Assembly: GCA_019459485.1 (NCBI GenBank) | Contig: JAIBEZ010000017.1 | Location: 1,498 to 65,497 of the forward strand | Length of the DNA: 64,000 bases | Source of the DNA: Prolixibacteraceae bacterium | Lineage (GTDB): Bacteria > Bacteroidota > Bacteroidia > Bacteroidales > Prolixibacteraceae | Reading direction: 5' to 3' | Notes under the pieces: model-generated | The model's input: the letters and a program-made list of their open reading frames with translations, nothing else | Told to the model about the DNA's origin: nothing | The model's database searches: none | Shown here: positions 36,535 through 45,631 of the stretch, piece by piece | How positions within the stretch are numbered: the stretch's first letter is position 1 | Layout: each line of letters starts with the position of its first letter | Made by a program: the position numbers and the translations under genes

Positions 36535-37506
36535 CTATCTTACATTAAATTTTTCCCGGTATTCCATGGGAGTCATGCCCACCAGTTTATTAAAAACCTT
36601 CCTGAATGATTTTGGATCGGAATAACCGGTCCGATCAATAATTTCATTAATGTTCTGATTGGTTTGTTCCAATTGTTTCTTGGCCGACTCGATGCGCACA
36701 TTTTGCAAATATTCAATGGGTGGAATTCCGGTTGCCAGTTTAAATCTCCGGGCAAAATTCCGTCTGCTCGAAGGAATGTCTTTCATAATATCCTCCAGTG
36801 ATCCAATCTCATGAAACCGGGTTTCCATATTCTCCTGTACTTTTTTTACCAGATCATCTTTGTGATTGTGGCTGGGCACAAAAGTTCCAAAATAACTCTG
36901 GCTATACCGGTCCAAATCAATGGCAAAAATTTTAGCTATCCGGATTACCATTTCATTTCCGCAGTATTTTTGAACCAACCGCAGCAAAAGGTGAAAGGTT
37001 GAAGTTGATCCGCCGCTGGTATAAAAACAACCGTCTTCAGTAACCACATGGTCTGGTTTTAAAATTACAGCAGGAAAAGCTAATGAAAACCGGGTACAGG
37101 CGTCGATGTGTGTAGTCGCCAGTTTCCCGTTGAGCAATCCGGACGCGCCGAACAAAAACGTTCCGGTACAAAAACTGGCAATTTCAGCTCCACCCTGATA
37201 TTGACCATGCAGCCAGGGAATATACATTTGATTCTTGGTTAGCGTTTCCTTCATGTTTTCTGTTGAAAACGAAGGAATTAAAACCACATCTGCTTTCTGT
37301 TCTGATTTTATTGAGGTTACAGGATAACCATGCAATAAAGCCCCTTCCTTTTCAATTTGATCAGGAGTACGAAGAACGTGGATCACAAAAGGTTTTTCCC
37401 TGTTTTCTTCCTTATAAATCCGGTTAACTGTTTCAAAAACGTCTAGAATTGCAGCTATGCTCAATAGCTTATAATCGTATGGCACTATCAATCCTAAGTT
37501 TATCAT
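36535..37506 (-). CDS. GlxA family regulator (DJ-1/PfpI + AraC HTH)
   Basis: ASFCTGTFLFGASGLL, ATTH, RRFKLATGIPPIEYLQ..RIESAK. Confidence 0.9.
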   Translation of the reverse strand: MINLGLIVPYDYKLLSIAAILDVFETVNRIYKEENREKPFVIHVLRTPDQIEKEGALLHGYPVTSIKSEQKADVVLIPSFSTENMKETLTKNQMYIPWLHGQYQGGAEIASFCTGTFLFGASGLLNGKLATTHIDACTRFSLAFPAVILKPDHVVTEDGCFYTSGGSTSTFHLLLRLVQKYCGNEMVIRIAKIFAIDLDRYSQSYFGTFVPSHNHKDDLVKKVQENMETRFHEIGSLEDIMKDIPSSRRNFARRFKLATGIPPIEYLQNVRIESAKKQLEQTNQNINEIIDRTGYSDPKSFRKVFNKLVGMTPMEYREKFNVR

Positions 37507-37645
37507 TTTTCTTTTTTTCTGCTAATTTAAGACATATTTGTCTTAAATACCCCGAAATTTGACCTTTTTGTTACTAATCTTGTTACCAAAATGTCCGAAC
37601 TTTGGGAATAAGAAAAATGTTAGTAAGAATTAAATTACATAAATC

Positions 37646-38584
37646 ATGAAAACACAAACTAAAGCAGAACTAGATAAAACAAAAAAGTGGAATAAAATTC
37701 AAAAGATTACCCCATTCTTATGGTTCGATAATCAGACAGAAGAAGCTGTAAATTTTTATGTCTTAGTTTTCAAAAACTCGAAAATAAAAATAACCACCCG
37801 CTATGGGGAAGAAGGAGCAAAATTTACGGGAATACCGGAAAATTCGGTCATGACGATGGCGTTCCAGATTGAAGGGCAGAATTTCGTAGCCATAAACGGC
37901 GGGCCGGTTTTTCAAATTAACCCAACCATCTCTTTTTTCGTGAATTGCGAAACCATTCAGAAAATAGACCGGCTTTGGGGCAAACTATCGGAAAACGGAA
38001 CTGTAATGATGGAGCTCGACAGCTACCCCTTCGCCGAAAAGTATGGCTGGATTCAAGATAAATATGGCGTTTCGTGGCAGTTGATTTTACCTGAAAGGGA
38101 ACAAAAGATCGTACCCTGTTTTATGTTTTCAGGCGATCAGCATAAAAAAGCCGAAGAAGCAATCAATTTCTACACCTCCATATTCAGCGATTCCAAAATT
38201 ATTCAGTTGGAGCGATATGGAAAAGAAGTTGGTCCTGAAGGCGCTGTAGTACATTGCAAGTTCACCCTCAACGGACAGGAATTTATCGCTATGGACAGCC
38301 ACGAAAATATGGGTATGAATTTTAATCCGGCCATTTCTATGGTGGTAAATTGTGAAACTCAGGATGAAATTGATTTTTACTGGGATAAACTTACGGAAGG
38401 TGGTTTAGAGGGCGCTCAGCAGTGTGGCTGGCTTCAGGATAAGTTTGGAGTTTCTTGGCAAATTGTGCCGACTGTTTTGGGTGAGTTACTGAGCCATCCG
38501 GATAAAGGTGGCAATGCGATGCAGGCCATGCTTCAAATGAAAAAACTTGACATCAAAATGTTACAGGATGCTGTAAATCAATAA
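37646..38584 (+). CDS. VOC family protein, tandem PhnB/3-demethylubiquinone-methyltransferase-like domains
   Basis: KITPFLWF, duplicated YGWIQDKYGVSWQL / CGWLQDKFGVSWQI. Confidence 0.9.
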   Translation: MKTQTKAELDKTKKWNKIQKITPFLWFDNQTEEAVNFYVLVFKNSKIKITTRYGEEGAKFTGIPENSVMTMAFQIEGQNFVAINGGPVFQINPTISFFVNCETIQKIDRLWGKLSENGTVMMELDSYPFAEKYGWIQDKYGVSWQLILPEREQKIVPCFMFSGDQHKKAEEAINFYTSIFSDSKIIQLERYGKEVGPEGAVVHCKFTLNGQEFIAMDSHENMGMNFNPAISMVVNCETQDEIDFYWDKLTEGGLEGAQQCGWLQDKFGVSWQIVPTVLGELLSHPDKGGNAMQAMLQMKKLDIKMLQDAVNQ

Positions 38585-38608
38585 TAAATACAAATTAAAA
38601 AATCAGAG

Positions 38609-38818
38609 ATGGTTGAGGTTTTTAAAACAAATGTTGAGCAGCCCGAGCATTCGGAAATAATTATTAATCAAATTATTAACCAGATTCCTAATAGTCAGAT
38701 CAATTTCGATTTGGAAGACTGTGATAAAATTCTGAGGATTGAGGCTGAAAGTGTGTCAAACCAACTGATCATTGAAATACTCCATCGAAACGGCTATCAT
38801 GCCGAAGTTCTGATTTAA
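38609..38818 (+). CDS. Small HMA-like protein
   Basis: VFKTNV...NFDLEDCDKILRI motif. Confidence 0.65.
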   Translation: MVEVFKTNVEQPEHSEIIINQIINQIPNSQINFDLEDCDKILRIEAESVSNQLIIEILHRNGYHAEVLI

Positions 38819-38837
38819 AACAAATAAAAATCTGGAA

Positions 38838-39410
38838 ATGAGAAAATTAGTTTCATTTATGCACATTTCGCTGGATGGTTTTACCACCAACTCGCAGGGA
38901 CAAATGGATTGGATTCTGGCAGATGAGGAAATGTTCGAAATTGCCGGACAGCAAACCCTGAAATCAGACGCCGCCCTTTATGGACGGGGAACATACAAAA
39001 TAATGGAAGACTACTGGCCAACGGCAGCCGATCAGCCCAATGCATCCAAACACGACATTGAGCATTCGGCCTGGTACAAAAGTGTTCAAAAAATTGTTGT
39101 TTCAAAAACATTGAAAAGTTCCGAAATAAAGAACGCGAAGCTTTTCAGTGAGAATTTACAGGATGATATCATGAAATTGAAAAATGAGCAAGGAAAAGAA
39201 ATCGTCCTGTTTGGTAGTCCGACTCTTACCCGCTCGTTAATGAATGAAAATTTAATTGATGAGTACTGGCTATTCATCAACCCCATCCTGCTTGGGCAAG
39301 GCAATTCTTTGTTCAAAGATCTCTCACACGAAATTAAACTAAAACTCCTGAAGAGCGAAACATTTGCTTCGGGAGTTATTTGTCTTCATTATACAACTAA
39401 TACCATTTAA
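38838..39410 (+). CDS. Dihydrofolate reductase/RibD C-terminal family protein
   Basis: MHISLDGF, LYGRGTY, FGSPTL, IDEYWLFINPILLG. Confidence 0.88.
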   Translation: MRKLVSFMHISLDGFTTNSQGQMDWILADEEMFEIAGQQTLKSDAALYGRGTYKIMEDYWPTAADQPNASKHDIEHSAWYKSVQKIVVSKTLKSSEIKNAKLFSENLQDDIMKLKNEQGKEIVLFGSPTLTRSLMNENLIDEYWLFINPILLGQGNSLFKDLSHEIKLKLLKSETFASGVICLHYTTNTI

Positions 39411-39427
39411 CAATTAAAGATTTAATC

Positions 39428-39907
39428 ATGGAAACAAAAGTAAAAGCAATTCCTGAAGGATGGCATTCATTAACTGCCTACATTTCAGTAAAGGGCGCTG
39501 AGGACGCCATCGAGTTTTACAAAAGCGCTTTCGGCGCAAAAGAAACAGGACGTCTCACGATGCCTGATGGAAGCATTGGCCATGCTGAGTTGGAAATAGG
39601 CGATTCGAAAATCATGATCGCTGAAGAGAATGAACAATGGGGCAATCTGAGTCCGCAAAAAATCGGTGGATCTCCGGTAAGCCTTTGTTTGTATGTTGAA
39701 GATGTGGATGCCGTATTTGCCAAAGCGATTCAGTCCGGAGCAACGGTAACCGGAGAAATGGAGGTAAAAGACCAATTTTACGGAGACCGGACTGGCAGCT
39801 TTACTGACCCGTTTGGACACAAGTGGTCAATCATGACGCACATTGAGGATGTTTCTTTCGAGGAAATGCAAAAACGAATGAGTGCAATGTTTCAGACAAC
39901 CAATTAA
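39428..39907 (+). CDS. VOC family protein (PhnB-like)
   Basis: AIEFYKSAFGA, HAELEIGDS, DQFYGDRTG..DPFGHKW. Confidence 0.9.
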   Translation: METKVKAIPEGWHSLTAYISVKGAEDAIEFYKSAFGAKETGRLTMPDGSIGHAELEIGDSKIMIAEENEQWGNLSPQKIGGSPVSLCLYVEDVDAVFAKAIQSGATVTGEMEVKDQFYGDRTGSFTDPFGHKWSIMTHIEDVSFEEMQKRMSAMFQTTN

Positions 39908-39937
39908 TTGAAATACTAAACATTAAAGCAAATTGAT

Positions 39938-40168
39938 ATGTCATTTCAGGCTTATTTAAATACAATCAAATCGAAGACCGGCAAAGGTCCTGAAGATTTC
40001 AGGAAAATGGCAGAAGAGAAGGGATTTAGTCAAGGCGGAAAATTGAAACCTGAAACCAAAGCAGGTGAAATTGTTAATTGGCTAAAGACTGATTTTGAAT
40101 TGGGACATGGCCACGCCATGGCGATTTATGCACTTTTGAAAGGAATGAAAAACGAAGACAGCAAATAG
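39938..40168 (+). CDS. DUF4287 family protein
   Basis: SFQAYLNTIKSKTGK..WLKTDFELGHGHAMA. Confidence 0.8.
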   Translation: MSFQAYLNTIKSKTGKGPEDFRKMAEEKGFSQGGKLKPETKAGEIVNWLKTDFELGHGHAMAIYALLKGMKNEDSK

Positions 40169-40177
40169 CATCGCCAT

Positions 40178-40582
40178 TTACCAATTGAATTTAATCGTCT
40201 GTTTCAGATCAGGATGAACGCTTAACGGAACCGGACTGATGCCTGCGACACCTTCGATGAGCCGTTTTTCTTCTTCGGAATAGCCTTTCTTCGGAAAGTT
40301 AAATTCCATTACGACCTCGGCCACACGACGCGGAGCATCTGCCATTATTTTGGTAATCTCAATTTCTGTACCTGCCAGATCAATACCGTTGTCCATCGCT
40401 TTGATGCCCATGATCGTCATAATACAATTGGCCAACGCTGTTGCAAGCATATCGGTGGGAGAGAAGCCTTCGCCTTTTCCACGATTGTCGGTGGGCGCAT
40501 CGGTAATAATTTTACTGCCCGATTGCAAATGAATATTCTCGGTGCGCAAATCGCCCAGATAGGTAGTTTTTATTGTTGTCAT
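40178..40582 (-). CDS. OsmC family protein
   Basis: TDAPTDNRGKGEGFSPTD..ALANC; second Cys position reads SPV; start at MTTIKTTY. Confidence 0.85.
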   Translation of the reverse strand: MTTIKTTYLGDLRTENIHLQSGSKIITDAPTDNRGKGEGFSPTDMLATALANCIMTIMGIKAMDNGIDLAGTEIEITKIMADAPRRVAEVVMEFNFPKKGYSEEEKRLIEGVAGISPVPLSVHPDLKQTIKFNW

Positions 40583-40601
40583 AGTTTGTAATTTTTGTGA
40601 T

Positions 40602-41243
40602 TTAAAACTCAAGTCCGCCAAAGAATTCAGGAACATGAAAGCTGGGCTTTTCAGTTTTTATTTTGGTCCATGAAATGAAATGAGGAACAGATAGTTCGTC
40701 GCCGCATTTGTAAAAGTTTCCACGCATTTTCTTTCCCTGTATCAGTTCCAGGTTATGCTTAAAAAATACATTCCAAGGAATCGCAATTGTAATTTGCCAT
40801 TCGGTGGTTTCTTTTTGTTCCGGGAAAGTTGATTCACCCAAACAGGAAATTCTGCGGATTGTAGCAATTTGCTTATCTGTTGCATGAATTGCCGGCTCGC
40901 CATTTTTCCTGAAGCCAAGCAAAATCGTTCCAATACAGTTTATTTCCAGGTTGTAGTATTCGTCATTTCCTTCAGGGGAAAGAAAAAACTCGACACAACT
41001 GTCGGTCCAAACCCGCCCGTTACTTTTTGCAACTTCAGCTTTTACCGACTGTTCGATCACCTGATACTTCAGAAACAGTTCATTTTCGTTGTATGCAATT
41101 TGAACCGAAACTTCTGGTTTATAGGGGAATTCATTCCAGTTCACCATTTCGAGCTGAAGAGGTTGAATTTCAAGATCTAGTGTTTCGGTAACCAGTTCCA
41201 AAGGTGGATTGGAAAAACCGGGTAATATTTCTGGTACTTTCAT
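40602..41243 (-). CDS. CBM9-like (DOMON-like) carbohydrate-binding protein
   Basis: VWTDSCVEFF, YYNLEINCIGT, GNFYKCGD, FHVPEFFG; start at MKVPEIL. Confidence 0.8.
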   Translation of the reverse strand: MKVPEILPGFSNPPLELVTETLDLEIQPLQLEMVNWNEFPYKPEVSVQIAYNENELFLKYQVIEQSVKAEVAKSNGRVWTDSCVEFFLSPEGNDEYYNLEINCIGTILLGFRKNGEPAIHATDKQIATIRRISCLGESTFPEQKETTEWQITIAIPWNVFFKHNLELIQGKKMRGNFYKCGDELSVPHFISWTKIKTEKPSFHVPEFFGGLEF

Positions 41244-41310
41244 TGTCTTAAATTTGTTGTCAGTATTTTCAATATTTATGTTTTGATAGTTTTCTGGAAG
41301 AGGACTTAAA

Positions 41311-42405
41311 TCAGGCCAGCTTAGCAGCAACAGCGCGCACAATCCTGCACATTTCATCATATTGATCCTCCATACTTGTTAATAGTTTATACTGTGCAAG
41401 GGTGCGCTGATAATTGTGCTCCGGATGTTTGATTTTGTAATATTTGTCGCCGTCGATATAATCCATCAAAAATCGAAGCACCTGTTCATAGGTTATATAT
41501 TTGGCCGAAAATGCGAGGTATTCAAGTTCTTTTTCGTTCAGGAAACCAATCGTTTCTGAAAGATATCCCTGGGTAAAACCTTCGAAAATCCGGATATCGG
41601 ACGATACATTGTTCAGGTCAACGTCATCTTCCTCGCCTGAATTGGTATAGGAGCGCATCGCATCACCAAAATCATTCAGGCAGGTACTGTTCAGAACCGT
41701 GTCGAGGTCGATCACACAAAGCACTTCGCCATTTTGATCGAATAAAATGTTGTTTATTTTGGTGTCGTTGTGAGTAACACGGGTCGGAATTTCGCCGTTT
41801 TCAACCAGTTTCCAGAAATTGAGCATTTCTTCTCGACGGCTTTCAACCCAGTCAATTTCTTTACCAAGTTTTGCTTTTCGTCCAACCGGATCGGCAGCCA
41901 GAACTTTGTCCCATTGCCCAAAACGGTAGCGGATGTTGTGGAATCCGGGCAAAATATCGGTCAGTGGTTCGTTCAAATCAGCCACCATCGACTGGAATTT
42001 ACCGATTCCTTTTCCGCCCTGAAAAGCCAGTTCAGGAGTTTTAGCAGCCTGATAGGTAATGGTATTGGCAATAAAAATGCAAGCCGCCCAAAATTCGTCT
42101 TCTTCATCCTTAAAATAAAGTTTGCCATCGGTTGCAGGAACTACTGTCATCACTTCGCGCAAAGGATCACCGTTCCGGGTAATCACTATCTCCTTCATGT
42201 GAGTAGTAACTTTCTGAATATTTTCCATCATTGCCGGAACATTGGTGAAAATGCGCTTGTTTTTCCGCTGCAAAAGATAATCAGGAGTACTTTTTTCGAG
42301 GGTGCGAATGATAAAGGTATCGTTGATAAATCCTTCACCCATCTGTTCTACCTTTTCAACTTTTCCATCAAGTTGAAAACTGGCCGCTATTTGTTCAAGG
42401 TTCAT
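41311..42405 (-). CDS. Aminoglycoside-phosphotransferase-fold sugar kinase (NahK-like)
   Basis: GFINDT, RVTHNDTKINNIL, VIDLDT, DFGD. Confidence 0.85.
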   Translation of the reverse strand: MNLEQIAASFQLDGKVEKVEQMGEGFINDTFIIRTLEKSTPDYLLQRKNKRIFTNVPAMMENIQKVTTHMKEIVITRNGDPLREVMTVVPATDGKLYFKDEEDEFWAACIFIANTITYQAAKTPELAFQGGKGIGKFQSMVADLNEPLTDILPGFHNIRYRFGQWDKVLAADPVGRKAKLGKEIDWVESRREEMLNFWKLVENGEIPTRVTHNDTKINNILFDQNGEVLCVIDLDTVLNSTCLNDFGDAMRSYTNSGEEDDVDLNNVSSDIRIFEGFTQGYLSETIGFLNEKELEYLAFSAKYITYEQVLRFLMDYIDGDKYYKIKHPEHNYQRTLAQYKLLTSMEDQYDEMCRIVRAVAAKLA

Positions 42406-42431
42406 AAATTAAAATTTAGCTTTTGGAGTTC

Positions 42432-42439
42432 CAAAGGTA
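42432..42439 (-). promoter_or_regulatory. Primary-sigma -7 element for the kinase gene
   Basis: TACCTTTG on the minus strand. Confidence 0.55.
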
Positions 42440-42566
42440 TGTTTCATTTAAATGTTAAAACAAATAAATTGCTCATCTTTTGATCGATTTGTGATTTATT
42501 GCGGATTCAACCTTTTGCAATGCTTTTCTTTTTCCCTTCCAGGCATTGCTGTCCTTGTATTTTTAT

Positions 42567-42574
42567 TAATTTTG
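42567..42574 (+). promoter_or_regulatory. Primary-sigma -7 element for the cytochrome operon
   Basis: TAATTTTG 43 nt upstream of the start. Confidence 0.5.
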
Positions 42575-42616
42575 GACGACCTAATTTGAATTTAATAACA
42601 ACAAACCAAACCCTCT

Positions 42617-44146
42617 ATGCTGAAGAAGACAGGAGAATTTCTCCGCAAACGAATATTTTTCCTTTTATTTATTTCGTTTGCAATCGGAATTTTAGCTGCC
42701 GTTACTGGCAATAAAGCTGTAGAATATACTTCAACCGACGAATTTTGTGCTTCATGCCACGTTCATCCGCATGTATTTGAATCATGGAAACTTTCTACCC
42801 ATTACGATAATAAAGGTGGTATTCAGGTTCATTGTGTCGATTGCCATCTTCCGCCCAAAGGAGAAGGTTATCTTTATCAAAAAGCAAGGTTAGGAATCAA
42901 GGATATTTACGGAGTTCTGTTCAAAGATTCGGCGGATTTCAACTGGGAAGCCAAACGTACAGTTGAAAAAGCACAACATTTCACCTTCAAAGCCTCGTGT
43001 GTGAAATGCCATGCCAACCTTTTCCCGTTAAAACTGAACAAGGAAGGACAAGACGCGCACCTTTATTATACCCAAAACGAAGCAACGCTCGAATGTATCA
43101 ATTGCCACCTGAACGTGGGTCATTACGATCCGAATGCCATCCACGCCAGTAATTCCGATTTTGGAAAAGGGTCAGGAGTAAATCAAGTGGTTTATACCGA
43201 AGCAACGAAAGTGGAAAAATTCGCCAATTTTACTGAATTGATCCCCGGATCGACCATTTCGTTCAGCATGATTGCCATTCCGGGCGGAAAATTCAAATTG
43301 GGAAGTCCGGAAAATGAGCCCTATCGCCGACCAGATGAAGGCCCGGTAAAAGAGGTTGAAATCAGTCCGTTCTACATGGCTGAGGTGGAAGTTACCTGGG
43401 ACGAATTTTTGGTTTTCTATAGCCAGACCGGAGGAGAAGGACGCACCACCGACATAAAAGCTGCGCCCGTTGCCGGAGAGGTTGATGCCATCAGCGGACC
43501 AACCCCACCATACGGTCAACCGGACCAGAACTGGGGAATGGGAAATCGCCCGGCGATTACAATGCGTTATGCCACTGCCGAAACATATTGTGAATGGCTG
43601 TCGCTTAAAACAGGCAAAAAATACCGGCTGCCTACTGAAGCTGAATGGGAATACGCCTGCCGAGCCGGATCACAAACTCCGTATTTCTTTGAAGGCGATC
43701 CGAAAAAATACTCAAAAGACCGTTTGATGAATAAAATATTTGGCGCCGATACCACCAACATTGACCGATACGTTATTTATTCAGGAAACAGCATGGCCAA
43801 AACACAAAAGCCGGATGCAGTAAAACCGAACCCGTTTGGTCTGAGAAATATGCTCGGAAATGTTGCTGAATTTTGTGCCGACTGGTATGCTCCGGATGCC
43901 TATTCGGCATTGAATGATGGTGTTAAAGATCCAAAAGGCCCTGCGTCAGGAACAGAACGTGTGATTCGCGGAGGCTCGTTTAAAAGTGAACCGACTGAGG
44001 TTCGCAGCGCTGCCCGTGATTTTACACAAGACGAAACATGGATGAGAACCGATCCGCAGATACCAAAAAGTATTTGGTGGTATTCTGATTGTAACATGGT
44101 TGGATTCCGTGTTGTTTGTGAACTGGATGAAACTACCGGCAAATAA
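42617..44146 (+). CDS. NapC/NirT-type tetraheme cytochrome c fused to an FGE/SUMF1-like domain
   Basis: N-terminal TM, YTSTDEFCASCH plus CVDCH, CVKCH, CINCH; then IPGGKFKLGS, EVTWDEF, YRLPTEAEWEYACRAG, NMLGNVAE, RGGS. Confidence 0.88.
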   Translation: MLKKTGEFLRKRIFFLLFISFAIGILAAVTGNKAVEYTSTDEFCASCHVHPHVFESWKLSTHYDNKGGIQVHCVDCHLPPKGEGYLYQKARLGIKDIYGVLFKDSADFNWEAKRTVEKAQHFTFKASCVKCHANLFPLKLNKEGQDAHLYYTQNEATLECINCHLNVGHYDPNAIHASNSDFGKGSGVNQVVYTEATKVEKFANFTELIPGSTISFSMIAIPGGKFKLGSPENEPYRRPDEGPVKEVEISPFYMAEVEVTWDEFLVFYSQTGGEGRTTDIKAAPVAGEVDAISGPTPPYGQPDQNWGMGNRPAITMRYATAETYCEWLSLKTGKKYRLPTEAEWEYACRAGSQTPYFFEGDPKKYSKDRLMNKIFGADTTNIDRYVIYSGNSMAKTQKPDAVKPNPFGLRNMLGNVAEFCADWYAPDAYSALNDGVKDPKGPASGTERVIRGGSFKSEPTEVRSAARDFTQDETWMRTDPQIPKSIWWYSDCNMVGFRVVCELDETTGK

Positions 44147-44194
44147 ATAGTAAAATTTATAAACCAAATTGAATATTATAAAACTAAAGGAACC

Positions 44195-45547
44195 ATGAGT
44201 GAATCAAATTTTTCGAGAAGGAAATTCCTGGCAAATGCTGCCGCTATAAGCGCAGTGGGTGTCATTGGTGTTAATGCTTTGAGTTCATGTGCAGGCCCTA
44301 AAAAACCTGAAGTAGTATTAAATCTGCCACCTCTTTTGGAACTGGCACCAGATGGCGCTCCCCTGAAAGTTGGTATTATTGGCTGTGGTGGCCGTGGATC
44401 GGGCGCCATGATCGACTTCCTGAATGCTGGTCCAAACCTGAGCGTTCATGCGCTTGGCGATACCTTTCTGGACAATATCACCGCCTGCCGTGAAAAGTTG
44501 AAAAATGAAAAAAACATGGAAGTTGCCGATGAAAATGTATTTGTTGGTTTCGATGCTTATGAGAAAGTACTTGACTCTGGTGTTGACGTGGTAATTCTGG
44601 CTACTCCTCCTCATTTCCGTCCAATGCATTTCGAAGCGGCTGTTCAGGCACGCAAACATATTTTCATGGAAAAACCGATTGCTGTAGATCCGGTTGGTAT
44701 CCGCTCGATCATGGCTTCAGCAAAAAAAGCTGAACCACTCGGTCTTAAAATTGTAACCGGAACGCAACGCCGTCACCAGCTTGATTATGTTGAAATTTAC
44801 AAACAGGTGATGAATGGTGCAATTGGCGATATTGTTTCGGCAAATTGCTACTGGAATCAGAATCAGTTGTGGTACCGTAATCCAAAAGCTGAATGGTCGG
44901 AAATGGAATACATGATCCGCGACTGGGTAAACTGGTTGTGGTTGTCGGGCGATCACATTGTTGAGCAGCACGTTCACAATATTGATGTAATTACCTGGTT
45001 TACCGGAAAACATCCGACCAAAGCGGTTGGTTTTGGTTCCCGTCAGCGTCGTGTAACCGGCGATCAATACGATAATTTCAGTGTTGATTTTGTTTATGAT
45101 AACGGAATGCACATGCACAGTATGTGTCGTCAGATCAACGGAACTGCAAACAATGTTTCCGAATTTATCATGGGAACCAATGGTTCTTCAAACTGTAAAG
45201 ACAAAATATGGGATGCAAAGGGCGTAGAAAAATTTGCATACGCATATCCGCTTGATGATAAAGGACAACCGATGAAGAGTGTAAAAGTTAGTCCTTACGT
45301 TCAGGAACACATTGACCTGGTAACCTGTATCCGCCAAAACATTCCTGTAAACGAAGCAGAGCAGACGGCCATTTCGAACATGACTGCCATTATGGGCCGC
45401 GTCTCGGCTTACACCGGAAAAGAAGTTACATGGGACGAAATGATGAACTCTGACATGAAGCTCGGCCCAACAACTTACATCATGGGTTCGGTTGGAATCG
45501 TTGGAACTGCTCAGGTAGCAATTCCGGGAGAAGAGAATAAAGCTTAG
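44195..45547 (+). CDS. Gfo/Idh/MocA oxidoreductase, Tat-exported lipoprotein
   Basis: SRRKFL Tat motif, LSSC lipobox, GIIGCGGRG, ATPPHFR, MEKP. Confidence 0.9.
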   Translation: MSESNFSRRKFLANAAAISAVGVIGVNALSSCAGPKKPEVVLNLPPLLELAPDGAPLKVGIIGCGGRGSGAMIDFLNAGPNLSVHALGDTFLDNITACREKLKNEKNMEVADENVFVGFDAYEKVLDSGVDVVILATPPHFRPMHFEAAVQARKHIFMEKPIAVDPVGIRSIMASAKKAEPLGLKIVTGTQRRHQLDYVEIYKQVMNGAIGDIVSANCYWNQNQLWYRNPKAEWSEMEYMIRDWVNWLWLSGDHIVEQHVHNIDVITWFTGKHPTKAVGFGSRQRRVTGDQYDNFSVDFVYDNGMHMHSMCRQINGTANNVSEFIMGTNGSSNCKDKIWDAKGVEKFAYAYPLDDKGQPMKSVKVSPYVQEHIDLVTCIRQNIPVNEAEQTAISNMTAIMGRVSAYTGKEVTWDEMMNSDMKLGPTTYIMGSVGIVGTAQVAIPGEENKA

Positions 45548-45548
45548 T

Positions 45549-45618
45549 GATTGCAGATTAACGATTTTTGATTGAAGATTTTAAATCGTTAATCAACAAT
45601 CGTTAATCAGTAATCGTT
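45549..45618. repeat. 7-nt periodic inverted micro-array (GATT x5 then AATC x5)
   Basis: GATT at 45549/56/63/70/77 and AATC at 45584/91/98/45605/12, all in one 7-nt register. Confidence 0.85.
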
Positions 45619-45631
45619 AATTTTTTAAGAT

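Noticed and set aside
43200-44146. FGE/C-type-lectin fold as a possible diversity-generating retroelement target
   Set aside because: No reverse transcriptase and no template repeat differing at adenines seen in the window.
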